In this document: positions 43,430 to 57,964 of the stretch, piece after piece | Layout: the number at the start of each line of letters is the position of its first letter | How positions within the stretch are numbered: position 1 is the first letter of the stretch | Assembly: GCF_009914755.1 (NCBI RefSeq) | Contig: NC_060925.1 | Length of the DNA: 64,000 nucleotides | From: the human T2T-CHM13v2.0 reference genome, Homo sapiens | Strand: one strand, 5' to 3' | Notes under the pieces: generated by a model | Seen by the model: the letters and a program-made list of their open reading frames with translations, nothing else | What the model was told of the DNA's origin: nothing | Databases searched by the model: none | Position numbers and translations under genes: made by a program

Positions 43430-44830
43430 CCTCTCTCATTCTCAGAGTAACATTTTTTCTCAACATGTGTCAAATATCACCTGCATAACAAGGCCTACCT
43501 GTTCACCCTATTTGAAAATATACTCTTAATTTCCCTTACTGGGCTTCAGTTTTTTCCCCTAGCACTAACCATCCTCACAATATTGTATACTTTACCTATT
43601 TCCTATGGTTATGGTATATTTTCTCCTAACTGAGAATGTAAACTCCAATTCATAACAGGAAGAATTTTTCTTTGTTTTGGTCACTAATGTGTCCCAAACA
43701 TCTAGAGCAATGCCTAATAAATAATAGGAATTTAGTAGTTTTTGTTGTATTTCTGGACAGACTTGTATATCTGGTGTTTTTGTTGATGATGATGCTGATG
43801 TTGATATTCAGGTTGATTATTTTTTCTCCTGAGTATTTATGGGAGTGACTTAGAGCTTCAGAAAGTCTCTTGCATCCTTGTTCATTCATTAAATCTTCAT
43901 TTCTTTCCAAATGAACTCAGCTCTCCCTTTTATTAGCAAGGATCAGTCAAAAAGGGTTATGTCTAGGTACAATGAGGATATAAAATAGGACCCCTTCATC
44001 ATTAAGATAGTCAGTTAAACTTCCTGTGTGTGCACCGTATCTGCACAAGTAGTGCTTTGGTTATTTATTTGGTTATATTTAGTGCTGAGGAGACAGGAAT
44101 GCAGGCATGAACAAAACAGATCCTGCCCTTCTGAAGTTTACGTTCAAGTGGGTTGCCCATTAAACAAGTAATTGTAGATGATTAAATAAGCAATTTTGTG
44201 TGAAGATGCATTCAACATGAAGGGCATGCCTAGAGAAGGATGCAATCCAATCTTTGTAGTTAGGGAAGGTTTTCCTAAGAAGTGATAACCAGATAGGACC
44301 AAAAGAAGCTAGATAAGATTGGCTTGACATCCTGGGAAATAAGGATCTGTTTTGTGAAAGGCCATCAGAAAAATATCTTGGTCACATGTAAATATAAATT
44401 TCCTAAGAAATTTGGTGCCTTTAGAGCTCCATGACAATATCTCAGTAGCCTTGTCTCTGTTCATTTGACCAGAACTCTCCTCCACAAATATCTGCAATGC
44501 TCATTTCCTTATCACCTTCAGGCCTTTTCTTAAATGTACTGTCAAAGAAGCATTCCCAGACCACCCTATTTAAAAATAAGATACTGATATTATTATTCAA
44601 TAGAAGCACATTTTACTCTTTTTTTTTTCTTATATGAAAAACTGACCCACTGTGTATTTAAATTATTTATCTATTGTCTGGAATCTCCTTACTAGAATTA
44701 AAATTCAGTGATGCCCTGAATTTTTTGTTGTTCTTTTGTTTACTGCTGTATTTCCATTGCCTAAAACAGCGTGTGTCACATTTTAGGAGCCCAGTAAATA
44801 TCTATTCAATGAATTCATAAATGAATGATT
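43430..44830. mobile_element. Cluster of L2 3' fragments in both orientations
   Basis: ctagaattaaaattc..tttactgctgtatttccattgcctaaaacag..aaatatctattcaatgaa (+) and atgaacaaaacagatcctgccctt (-). Confidence 0.6.
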
Positions 44831-45069
44831 GTTCCAAAACATGGAAAACTTGTTGAAATTTACCAGTGTGAAGTGCTAGTGATTTTCTTAATTCAAGTCT
44901 TTGAGAGTAATTGAGAAGTTAATAGAATCACTGTGGATAAGACTGACACTCTCAAATAATCAGTGAAAATTATAAAATACTATACAATGAAGTACCTAAT
45001 TATAAAGCACATGTTACAATGATAAATTCTTAGACAATGGTGGATTAATTAAGACTGCTGTATTATTAG

Positions 45070-45375
45070 GGAAGAGTTCAAGTAAAAGATGTTCCCTGAA
45101 GATTTTCATGAAACACTGTAGCATCTGAATAAAGAGAGTATTTCATCTGAAGGAGACAATCAGAACATAAACAGGGGACACGGACCTCTTTCTACACCAA
45201 CTTGACTTGCCACTTAGAAGGTTTTCAGGAAGAGTTCAAGTAAAACATGTTTCCTGAAGATTTCCATGAAATCTGAATAAAGAGAGTATTTCATCTGAAA
45301 GAGACAATTAGAACATAAACAGGGGACACAGACCTCTTTCTACACCAACTTGACTTGCCACTTAGAGGGTTTTCA
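45070..45375 (+). repeat. Tandem duplication, 158 bp + 148 bp
   Basis: ggaagagttcaagtaaaa..ggttttca at 45070 and 45228; 7 substitutions and one 10-nt indel. Confidence 0.95.
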
Positions 45376-46086
45376 GCAAGACAATTCTAAAAGTACCATA
45401 CACAGATGTGTAAAGAGAAGAACAACTAGGTTTTGACCCATGGAAAGATGACCTTAGGGCTACCATGCTTTGAGAATAGATTTACCTATTTGTATAGATT
45501 TGTATTTCTGTACAATAAAACAATTACTACTACCTCTTTATTTATATACATTCACACTTCAAATTGTATTTTTGTTATAATTTCTGAGAAATAGTATATG
45601 GACAATTATCACATTCCTTGATTTTCAGGCAGGATTAGCTGGATATTCCAAGTAAAGAAAAATCTACCTTATTTTTAAAGAAGATCTGAAAATAATTTGT
45701 CACCCAATATAAACATGAAACTCCTAAATAATTTGACATTTTTGTGAGCATGTAAAAGTTTCTGATGGCTCTCTTACATCAAGAAATGTTTGCTCTTAGA
45801 AGGTGAACCACAGGTTATATTTTTTCAACTCAGAAGTATCTGTAAGCATCCTTAGAAGTTTTTGCAACTATTACCTCGGGGCTTTTAGCTATGCTTATGA
45901 TTCTGTATTTTCTGGAAATATTTATGCAAAAAGTCATGCAAAAGATGGCGAACCACTCTGCAATACTAGTATAGTACTATAGGCTTGATGAGTATAATGA
46001 TAGCAGCCATTGCTAGAACTTACACAAACAGTAAGATTTCATCACATCAGCCATTTCAGAAAGCCATACCTAAGAAAGCTGTCACT

Positions 46087-46376
46087 GCCTGGCGCAGTGA
46101 CTCATGCCTGTAATCCCAGCACTTTGAGAGGCCCGGGCCAGGGGATCGTGAGGTCGGGAGTTTGAGACCAGCCAGGCCAACATGGTGAAACCCCGTCTTG
46201 ACTAAAAATATAAAAATTAGCTGGATGTGGTGGCACATGCCTGTAATCCCAGCTACTCAGGAGGTTGAGGCAGGAGAATTGCTTGAACCTGGGAGGCGGA
46301 GGTTGCAGTGAGATCACGCCACTGCACTCTAGCCTGGACGACAGAGCAAGACACCGTCTCGAAAAAAAAAAAAAAA
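46087..46376 (+). mobile_element. AluS (Sg-like)
   Basis: Full dimer with poly(A); TSD aaagct(g/a)tcactg on both sides. Confidence 0.9.
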
Positions 46377-46888
46377 GCTATCACTGATTCTGTGACAGAA
46401 AACTAGACAGTTACTTAAGGAACATAATACATCCTTTGGGAATCTGTCAAGTGAAGAAAGAGTAGATAGCAAAAAATAACTGCAGTGTCAGAATCACAGT
46501 TGACAAGGTTGGAATAGCCCTGCTGAAAAAGAGGCAAGACCTGAGAGAATACAAGCAGTATTGGTATTTAGGGACAGGACATAATAGACTATTTTGAAAC
46601 AGAGACTCATTCAAATATTAGTCAATCTAGGTTAAAATTACCTAAAATGTGCTTAAATTAGATGAGTGACCCCTTAAAGAAATTAATTCACTCTAAGGTC
46701 AAGATTCAATCTGATCTTGATTGTTGATGTGGCCTCCTACCTTTATTTTTCATGTCCAATTCTACTGCCTGTCATCCTGATCCACCATTTTTCCTCTCTA
46801 TAATTCAAAAATACTATTTTATATTAACACCTTTAGATAAGTGAACTATTGTGTACAGAAAGATATCTGCACAATTTGAGTAAACAGA

Positions 46889-47282
46889 TTTTTTTTGGTT
46901 TTTTTTTTGTTTTTTTCTTATTTTGTTTTTCCTAAATGTATTCTTTCTATTTTATTATTATTATACTTTAAGTTTTAGGGTACATGTGCACAACGTGCAG
47001 GTTTTGTTACATATGTATGCATGTGCCATGTTGGTGTGCTGCACCCGTTAACTCATCATTTAGCATTAGGTATATTTCCCAATGCTATCCCTCCCCCCTC
47101 CCCCCTCCCCCCACCCCTCAACAGTCCCTGGTGTGTGATGTTCCCCTTCCTGTGTCCATGTGTTCTCATTGTTCAATTCCCACCTATGAGTGAGAACATG
47201 TAGTGTTTGGTTTTTTGTCCTTGCAATAGTTTGCTGAGAATGATGGTTTCCAGTTTCATCCATGTCCCTACAAAGGACATGA
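46889..47282 (-). mobile_element. Young-type L1PA (PA3/4-like) 3' end fragment
   Basis: ttatactttaagttttagggtacatgtgcacaacgtgcagg..cctatgagtgagaacatg..catgtccctacaaaggacatga; T-rich tail at 46889-46930. Confidence 0.92.
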
Positions 47283-47490
47283 CTCTAACCACAACTCCAG
47301 CTGGTCATCTCTCTTCCATTTCATGCTCAGATAGTACCAGATTGTAATTTCCAAATGCATCAAGCTGGTTGCTTGTGACACAAGGAATCATATTATCTTC
47401 TTATCTTCTCTACCCAAAATACCCCTTCCTCCCTACTGCTGTACCCCATCAACCAGACAGAGTCCTCTTCACCTTTAAAAAGACATTTCA

Positions 47491-47822
<332 letters not shown>

Positions 47823-48884
47823 TCAGATGTCATTTACTCTAGGAAACTTCCCTGACACTGTATACATAAGGAGAATTAATTCCTTCTTCCTCTGTGATAC
47901 TTTTTTACATTGTATATGTTTTTGTTTTGAACTTATTTCACTTTTTAATTTAATTTCTATATATTTGACTAGATTGTGAGACCCTTGAGATTAGAAGCTA
48001 TCTCATTTATTTCTCTGTTTGGAACTACTAGCACAATACCCAGTATACATGGTAGGCATTCATCAAATGTTTGGCAGGTAAATAAGAATTATATAGAGAC
48101 ATTCTTTTAAAAATATATAATGTGTATTTAATTACATTAGGGACCCAACATAGGATAAGGTCGCCATCCAATTGTTTTAACCGAGTGCTGGAAAAGATAG
48201 AAATGACACTCCGATAAGTAATGAGTAGCCACTAAAGTCAGCTCTAAAGTGCCATATAATAATACATTTAATGGTTTTGTTCCTTAGAATAATGACTACC
48301 TCATATCAAGCTTTGGCCTTTCCCCTGAGCTTCAGACTAGAATAACAAACTTCATTTTGGGCATCACTATATTTATTCCACAAACACTCCCAATATAAAG
48401 TATTGAAACCCAAATTCATCATTCTCTCCAACCTGCTTTTTTCCTCCATTGTCCAGTTCTCTGTTAATGTTACTATGATCTACTCAGGTTTCCAAAGCAA
48501 AAATTCATTCTCTTCTTCAACTTCCATATCCATTTAGTCTTCAACTCCTGCCAAATTTACCTCCTAAATATATGGCAGGTCTTTTTCCTTCTTACTGTTC
48601 CCATTGTTACATTCATAAACTAGTCCCATATCTCTTTCCTAGATTACTTGATAGCCTCCTAACTGGTCTCATCTCCATTATTGCCACCACAATTACCAAA
48701 CCCATTCTCCACAAAATAGCTTTAGCACTCTTTCATAATTGCTAATATGACTGCATTACTCTCCAATATAAGATATGTCATTTGAACTAGGGTAGAATGT
48801 AGAGTTCCTAACACAGAATTAAAAGTACCCGCAATTGACCTCTATTAACTCCTACATTCCATCTGCCAATCCCACCACACATGA

Positions 48885-49206
<322 letters not shown>

Positions 49207-50189
49207 GATTTGCATTTTTTAACTTTATGGCCTAGATACTGAAGAGCTTCCTCAAATAGTGAATCTTGGTGACTCTATTTACATTATTTCCTCTTTCCTC
49301 TGACTAAATCATTTTTTACACCTCTTTTTACCTGGTTCAATCGTACTTATTATTCAAAACTCAATTCAGTTGTTATTGTTTCCATGTGGCCTCTGACCTG
49401 ACTAAATTAAGTTAAGGGTCTCCCCTCTGTACTAATACACCCTGTGTATTGTCTATCCTAACACTTAATATTGTATTAAAAATGCTTGATAGTTACATTA
49501 AAATATTTATGCACCTTTAATTTTTAAACTATTTTAACATTTTAAGTATGAAGATAATAACATGAGACACCAATGTACCCATCATGGAAATTAAAGTGTT
49601 AATGTGTATTATAGATTTCATACTTTAGGGGTTTTATTAGTAAATAAAAGGTTAGAGAAACTTGTAAATGCTCATCTCAATCCCTTCCCACTTCCTCCCT
49701 CTCAGATTTAATGTCTTTAAAATTTCAGTGAAGTGCTACCACATTGTATATATTATTCTTCAAGTTTTTCATTCTATATTTTCTAAGATTTGCCTTTGGT
49801 GTTAGTTATACCAGAAAATTACCAATGTCCCCATTGCCCCATATCTGTGTCACACACAGGGTTACTAAATATATTAATTGTTGGCCAATCAGATGGCTAT
49901 ATAAGAGTAGCTTCATGCTTTATATTTCCCTAATCACTAGTGAAGTTGGCATTTTTTTTCTTTTTTTGTTTTTGTTGGCTAGTTTAGAGTCTCTTTCTTT
50001 ACAGTTGTCTCTTTGGGTTCATTTTAATTTTGAATGCTTGTCTTTTAGGTTTTTGGTGACTTGAAAGATTTATATACTCTGAATGCTAGTTTTTTTTTTT
50101 TTTTGATTATGTGGGCTACAAATATTGTCTCCCAATTTGTGGCTTGTCTTCACTTTGGGATGCCATTTGTCATAAAGAAGTTGCCAATT

Positions 50190-53100
50190 TATTTTTAAAT
50201 TTTATTTGTATACCTTTAAGGGATACAACTGTTTTGTTAGGTGCATACAATGCATAGTGGTAAATTCTGGGCTTTTAGTATAACCATCATCCAAATAATG
50301 TACATTGTACTCATTAAGTAATTTCTCATCCTTTTCCCCACAACCGACCTTACCACCCTTCTGAGTCTTCTATGTCTATTAATCCACACTTTATGTCCAT
50401 GTGTACACACTGTTTAGCTTCTGCTTATAAGCCAGAACATGCAATATTTGACTTTCTGTCTCTGAGTTGTTTTACTTAAGATAATGGCCTCCACTTCCAT
50501 CCATGTTGCAGCAAAAGACATGATTGCATTCTTTTTTGAATTGCAGACTAATATTCCATTGTATTTGTGTGCTACATTTTCTTTATCCATTCATTTATTG
50601 ATGGACACATAGGTTGATTTCAAATTTTGCTATAGTTTGCAAATATTTTCTCACATTCTGCAGACTTTCTGTTCACTCTGTTGATTATTTATTTGACTGT
50701 ACAGAGGCTTTTTAGTTTAATTGTCTCAATGTCTCTTTTTGGTTTTGTTAATTGTGCTTTAGAGCACAAAATCTCAAAAGGTCTTAAGTCATGAATTATT
50801 TGCCTAGTTCAATGTCCAGACGTGTTTTCTCTGGATTTTCTTCTAGTATTTTTATAGTTTCATGTTTACATTTAAGTCTTTAATACATTTTGAGTTGATT
50901 TCCATATATGGTGAGAGATAGGGTGAGTTTCATTCTTCTGCATATGGCGATCCAGTTTTCCCAGCAGCATTTATTGAAGAGGGTGTCCTTTCCCCAGTGT
51001 ATGTTTTTGTCAACTTTGTCAAAGATCCATTGGCAAAGATATGTCACATTATCTCTGACTTTTCGATTCTATTCCATTGATATCTGCATTGATTTTTATA
51101 CAAGTACCATGTTGTTTTTGTAACTATAGCCTTGTAGTATAATTTGGGGGTCAGGTAATTTGATGTTTCCAGCTTTGTTCTTTCTGCTCAGAAATGTTTT
51201 GACTATTTAGGCTCTCTTTTAGTTCCACGTGAATTTTAGGATTGGTTTTCCCAATTCTGTGAAAAACGGCATGCATATTTTCATGTGGATTGCATTGAGT
51301 CTATAGATTGCTTTGGTCAGTATGGTCATTTCAACAATATTAATTCTTCCAATCCAAGGGAGTGGAATGTTTTCCCATTTCTTTGGGTCATCTACAATTT
51401 GTTTCACCAGTGTATTGTAGTTTTCTTTGTACAGATATTCCACCTCCATGGTTAAATAGATCCCAAGGCATTTTATTCATTTGCAGCTATTGTAAATGGG
51501 ATTGCTTTCCTGATTTGTTTCTCAGCTTGTTATTGGCGTACAGAAATGCTATTGATTTTTTGCACATTAATTTTGTATCCCGAAATTTTGCTGAATTCCT
51601 TTTTCAAATCTAAGCATTTTTTGAGGAGTCTTTAGGGTTTTCTAGGTATAAGATCACATCAATAGTAAACAGAGATCATTTCACTTTCCCTTTTCCAGCT
51701 TGAATGCTTTTTATTTCTTTCTCTTGGTTGAATACTCTGGCTAGGACTTCTAATACTATACTGAAGAGAGTAGTGAAAGTGGGCATTCTTGTCTTTCAGT
51801 TTTTACAGGGATTGCTTTCAGCTACTCCCAATTCATTGTGGTGTTGGCTGTGGGTTTGTAGTATATGATCTTTATTTTTTTCAGGTATGTTCTTTCTATG
51901 CCTAGTTTGTTGAGGGTTTCTATCATGAAGGGATACTGCATTTTGTCAAATGCTTTTTCTCTATCTATTGAGATGATCATATGGTTTTTGTTTTTACTTT
52001 TGTTTATGTAATAAATTGCATTTATTGATATGCCTATTTTGAACCATCTTCACACACTTTGAATAAAACCAACTTGATCTTTTTGATGTGCTATTGGATT
52101 TTGTTTACTAGTATTTTGTTGAGAATTTTTGCATCTATGTTCACAAGGATATTGATCTATAGTTTTATTGTTGTGTCCTTGTCTGGCTTTGGTATCAGGA
52201 TAATACTTGCTTTCTAGAATGAATTATGGAGAATTCCTTCCTCCTCAAGTTTTTGGAACTGTTTCATGAGGATTGGTACCAGTTCTTCTTTGTAGGTTTG
52301 GAAGAATTTGGCTCTGAATCCATCTGGTCCTGGGATTTTATTTTTGGGGAGATGCCTTATTACTGATTCTATCTCACCACTCATCATTGATCTGTTCAGG
52401 ATTTCTATGTATTCCTGGTTCAATATTCGGAGGTTGTATGTTTCTAGGAATTCATTCATTTCCTCTGGAATTCTTAGCCTGTGAGCAAAGACTTATTCAT
52501 GGTAGTCTCTGATTATCTTTTGTATTTCCGTGGCATCAGTTATCATGTCTCCTTTTTTATTTCTGATTGTGTTTATTTGGATCTTTTCTCTCCTTTTCTT
52601 GATTAGTCTAGCTCATAGTCTATCAATTTTGTTTATCTTTTAAAGTACCAACTTTTAATTTCATTGATTGTATTGTTTTTGTTGTTGTTCTCAGTATCTT
52701 TTAGTTCTGCTCTGATTTTTTTTATTTCTTTTCTTGTGCTGTGTATTTGGTTTGCCTTTGTTTTCTAGTTTCTTGGGATGAGACTGGAAGTTAGTCTGTG
52801 ACCTTTCTATTTTTTTTTTTAATGTAAGCATTTAATACTATAAACTTCCCTCCCTCTTAGTACTACTTTTACTGTATTCCGTAAGTTTTGGTAGGTTGTG
52901 TCTCCATTTTCATTCATTTCAAAATTTTTTTTTCTAATTTTTGTCTTAATTTCATTATTGACCAAATATTGTTCAGGGGTATATTGTTTAATTTCCATTT
53001 ATTTGTGGTTTTGAGAGTTTTCCTTGGTATTGATTTCTAGTTTTATTCCGCTGTAGTCTGAGAATATACTTAATATGATTTCACTTTTTTTAAATTTATT

Positions 53101-53775
53101 GAGACTTGTTTTATGGCCTGTCATATGGTCTATCTATATTGGAGAATACTCCATGTGCTGATGAGAGGAATATATATTCTGCTGTTGTTAAATCAAATGT
53201 TCTGTATGTCTATTAGGCCCATTTGGTCTAAAGTCCAATTTAAGTCCACTGTTTCTTTGTTGATTTTCTATTTTCAATAATCTAAGTGTTGTGAGTGAGG
53301 TGTTGAAGTCCCCCACTATTATTGTATTGCATCTATATCTTTTTTAGGTCTAGTAATGTTTGTTTTATAAATCTGGGCGCTCCAGTGGTGAGTGCATATA
53401 TTTTTAGAATTATTACATCTTCTTCTATAATTGATTCCTTTATTATATAATGACATGTTTCTCTTTTGTTTTCACTGTTTTTGATTAAAGTCTGTTTTAT
53501 CTGACATAAGTATAGCTACTCCTACTCTCTTTTAGTTTCCATTTGTATAGAATATCTTTTCTCATCCCTTTACCTTCAGTTTGTAAGTGTCTTTGCTTAC
53601 CAGTAAGGTGAATTTCTTATAAGCAGCATATAGTTAATTCATGTTGCTTAATCCATACTACTAATCTATGTCTTTTAAAGGAACATTTGATTCATTTATA
53701 TCCAAGATTAATATTGATTTGTGAGGTTGTTTTTCCTGTTGTAATGTTTTTATCTGGTTTTGTGGTTCTTTGTTT
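50190..53775 (-). mobile_element. L1MA (MA2/3-like) 3'UTR plus ORF2, decayed, nested in older L1ME (~49520-50185 and ~53780-55290)
   Basis: ORF-track fragments homologous to L1 ORF2p ([23 protein letters not shown]; PGPDGFRAKFFQTYKEELVPIL); 3' end catagtggtaaattctgggcttttag. Confidence 0.88.
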
Positions 53776-56700
53776 CTCTCAATGTAGTAAAACATATTAC
53801 TCTTTATTGCATAATTTTACAAATTATTTAAGAAAATCTTCCCTACTCTAATATCACAAAGATATTTTTCTATGTTTTCTTCTAAAACTGTTTGTTTTTC
53901 TTTTCACATTTGGATATTTAATTCATTTGCAGTTTATTTCTATGCTCTATATGATCAAAATTTATCTTTTCCCATGTGAATAGATGACTGATTGTTTCAA
54001 CAACATTGTGTAGTCCTTTGTTTCCCCCACTGACTTGTAATTCTACCTCTTTTATATACAAAAAGCTTTTCCCCAAACTATTCATCCTGCTCCATTGCCT
54101 TATTTGCCGATTCCTGTGCTATTACAACATTGTTCTAATCACTATAATCTAATATTCAGTCTTAATATCTGAAAATACAAGTCCACTTTTTTTTGGTTTT
54201 CATTTTCAAAAGTGTTTTGCCATTCTTAATACTGAATTCTTCCGCAAGAATATTAGGTTCAACTTGTTGAGGTACATAATCTATTGGAATTTTAAAAATT
54301 GGCTTTAATTGAAAGATTAATTTGGGAAGTGTTGATACCTTTGGCATAGTAAAAGTTGTAATTCATGAACATGGTATTTCCCTTCATTTAGGTCTTACTA
54401 TGTGTTGTTCAATAAAACTTTGTGACTTCCATCAAGAATATGTACACATTTTGTTAGAGTTATGTTTAAGTACTTTAAGTTGTTAGCTTTACAAATTGTA
54501 TCACTTTTTAAGAAATGCATTTTCTAATTTTGGTTGATTCTATGTAGAAACATTACTAATTTTGATGTTTTGATTTTACATTGAGCTACAGAGCTGAATG
54601 TAAGTTCTAATATGCAACCAGCAGATTCTTTTGCGTCTTTATTATAAAATCATTTTATCTACCTGTGACAATATCCTTTCTTTCTAATCCTATACCTTTG
54701 TTCTTCTTGAGTCCGTTTTTCATAAATTACAATCTAATTAGGAAATAATCTACTTCATCATACTGTTTTTTTAATTTATTTTCACGTATTATCCACAGTT
54801 TTCTCTTTCATAAATCTCTACTACATCTGTGAATGTTTTCTCCATTACATTCCTAACATTGTTTCACACCATTTATCTTTTAGTCTTTTTAGCAACTTTT
54901 CCAGAGGTTTTTCTACTTTATTAATCTCTCAAATAGTACTATTTTTGCTTGTTGGTCTTTTCTATTATTTGGTTTGTTTATTGGTTTGTTTTCCAACTCA
55001 TTAATTTCTACTTTCTACTGCAGCTATCATTATTATGTCCCTTCTTTTACTTTCTTATGGTTTACTAAATTGTTTTCTGGTGCTCTAATACATTTGGGAC
55101 CTTTTTATTCACCGTTGTTTTTATTGAAATACATTGCAGACTACATGGTTTTGATGATACTGAGTTCTTATTAGTTATTGCCTTTCACATTGTGGCCAAG
55201 TATATTGTTAATTTTTCAAATGTTTCTTCTTGCTTGTAATAAAAATATATATTCTTTTATTATTAGGTATAGGCTAGAGATCTACTAATTGTACACTTTA
55301 TTCTCCATTACATTATAAACTTCTCTAAGACAAATACCACATTTTATGATTTTTACATACCTGGAACATTGAGAGTACCCAATACTTGAAATATTTACCT
55401 TCTTGGAACATTAAAAACACCTAATGAGCTGGAAATAAATGAACTGGAAAATGAAGTTTTGATCTCTTATGTTCAGTAAAAGATATTCTTTCTTTGAAAA
55501 AATAAGTATATTAACATTGAACTTTCTAAAGAAATTTTGGTTAGTTTTACTAAAACCTGGTTAGCTAGCCAGCTATCTAGAGGAAATATATAAATATCTA
55601 CATTGCATGTAAATTATTCTTCCTTTCTAAATTCTTTTTGTTCCCTAATTATATGCAGCAATTTATAAGTAAATGCATCAGCTTTCTATGCCAATGAATT
55701 TTTGTCCATGATTCCTCTCATCTTAATTCAACAGTAAAATAAAACTCCTATGTGCATCAGAGATGAATACATTTCATGATATTATGATTTCTAAATAAGT
55801 AGTCCATGCATGTTTGTGGAGACAATACCTGGTCATAATGAAGTAAATTGTTTTGTTTTGTATGATAAAGCACCATAATGAATTATAAGATTTAATTAGG
55901 CAGTGATTCTATTTCAAGTCTGATTGTTGATTTGTCATTGCTTTATAGAGACTACGACACTATAATTTAAGGACTTTAATGAAAATGAATTAATTTGAAA
56001 GTGCTTCTAATTCTGCAGCAATTAAGTGATTTTTCTCTCATCCACTAAAACTTATTTCTATACAAGAATGGATTTGCACAGCATCATAGTGGGAAAAAAA
56101 TCATTATTGTTAGTTATCATGAAAGGCAATCAGAATTGAAGGCATTATTATGTGTTTTACCAACTTGCCAACTATTCCACCCCTTCCCTCAAATACATGC
56201 AAAACACTGAAGACAAATCATATCCTCTACTTGAAGGATAGGAGGCGGACTTTTTTTCTCTCAAATAGGCTAGAAAAAGCATATATGGGTAATCAGTTAA
56301 ATGATAGAAATCTTTAAACATCTGAGCACATTACTCTTGAGACTCTAGTAGTGTATACATTATAAATTCATAAAGGGGTCTACTCTGTGACGCCTTGTGT
56401 CAGGGAGAAAATGGTACCATGCAATTGTTCTCAATAAGCAATAAATGTGTTCTCTGGTGTTTGGCAAACCATTACACCATTTATTTAGAGTAAAGCTCAT
56501 TATTTTATTCTATTAAATATCTCACTTTCAACACTGTTAATGAGTTATTTATCTGAAATGTGATCACTAGCACTTCTTTCACTTTAAGACTACCTTCCCT
56601 TTGTACAGAATCTACTTCTCCTCTGGGTTATGGTGTTAAAGTAAACTGAGGATTGACTCCTTCTGTTTCCATTAAAGAACATCATGGTAACAAAACCTAG

Positions 56701-57964
56701 GTTTTTTTATTATTATCATTTCCTCCTGCCACCTTTTCAGCTTAATGCTGGAACTTTTAACTCTTTCTAATATTTTCATTAGGACATAAAATAAACAAAT
56801 AATGCCTTATGTGTTTCACTAGCACTTATTCCATGGGAGATAAAACTTACAATCTGGTTATGTACTAAATACAAGGAAGAACACTTCCTCACCCTTTTGA
56901 AATCTGTCTTGGGCTCTTTTACATAAACTGATCAATTTTCCTAGAGTTGCAGCAGAGCTAAGTGATGAACCTGTCTTCCATGTCTCAGTAGATCCTTAAA
57001 AAAAAATTAAAAGAGCAAACTTAAATGGGCAATGAAGCATTGTGAGTCCTTCCTCTACAATGCCATGCTACCTTGCAGCTTCAGTGTAAACTCCTTGAAA
57101 ACAAGAATGAACGTTACCTTGTTTCTAGATCCACAATAGCCCCTATCGATGTCCAGGCATAGTGAGTGCTCAATAAAGTGGTAAATTGATAAGGAAGGAA
57201 AAATTCATTTGTCGAGTATGAAGCAAGATTATTAAACAGTTCATTTCACATAAAAGACTCAATGTGTTTGTTGTTGAAGCAGAGAGAGAGAAAGAGAGCG
57301 AGAACAAGAGGAATTGAAGTGTCACTTAAATTAACTCATTTAGACTAAAAGTCAAATTCATTCCCGTGTGAACTTACTGTTGGCCAAGGTCATAAGCACT
57401 CCTCAAAATTTTCCTCAGATGTGTTTGTAAGGCAGAATCAGTCGTATGACTCTCTCTATTGATTACCAGCATTTGGTTTTTCACTTTACAATGCTACTAA
57501 AATAGGCAGAGTCTTGCCTATTTTTTCTTCTAGTATACAATATGTTTGTTTCCCTTCTGAAATCTCCCTATAATCTGCACTTCCTACTCAATAGAGTATT
57601 GCCCCATTTTTAATTTTGTTTTAATCACTGTGGTCATAAATTATCCTAGCAATGTTTCTTATTGCATTACCATGGTTAAATGAGTGTAATCAATGAAATT
57701 TAATATATCTGTGTTGACTTGAGTTCATTATGAGTTTGGTATTGAACTTTCTTTTTAGTGTATGTGGCTGTTTGCCTATACACCAAAATAAGAATGGTAG
57801 ACATGAAGATTCCTGGTGTCAGCTTTGTCATTTTTTCCATCATCTTCTCTATAAATGATACCATCAGCTATAATTGCTTCAGGCTGATACTCAGACAATT
57901 TTAAGGAGGCATCTCTTCTTACTTGCTCCAATAGCTATTGGTCAAATTGCATATAAAAAGTACA

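Noticed and set aside
45920-45952. YY1-like AAGATGGCG and two ATGCAAAA motifs
   Set aside because: Short motifs with no CpG island or other promoter evidence.
57499-57530. Hairpin aaaataggca-gagtct-tgcctatttt followed by a T-run, resembling an intrinsic terminator
   Set aside because: Eukaryotic intron context; a 10-bp AT-rich stem is plausible by chance in 64 kb.
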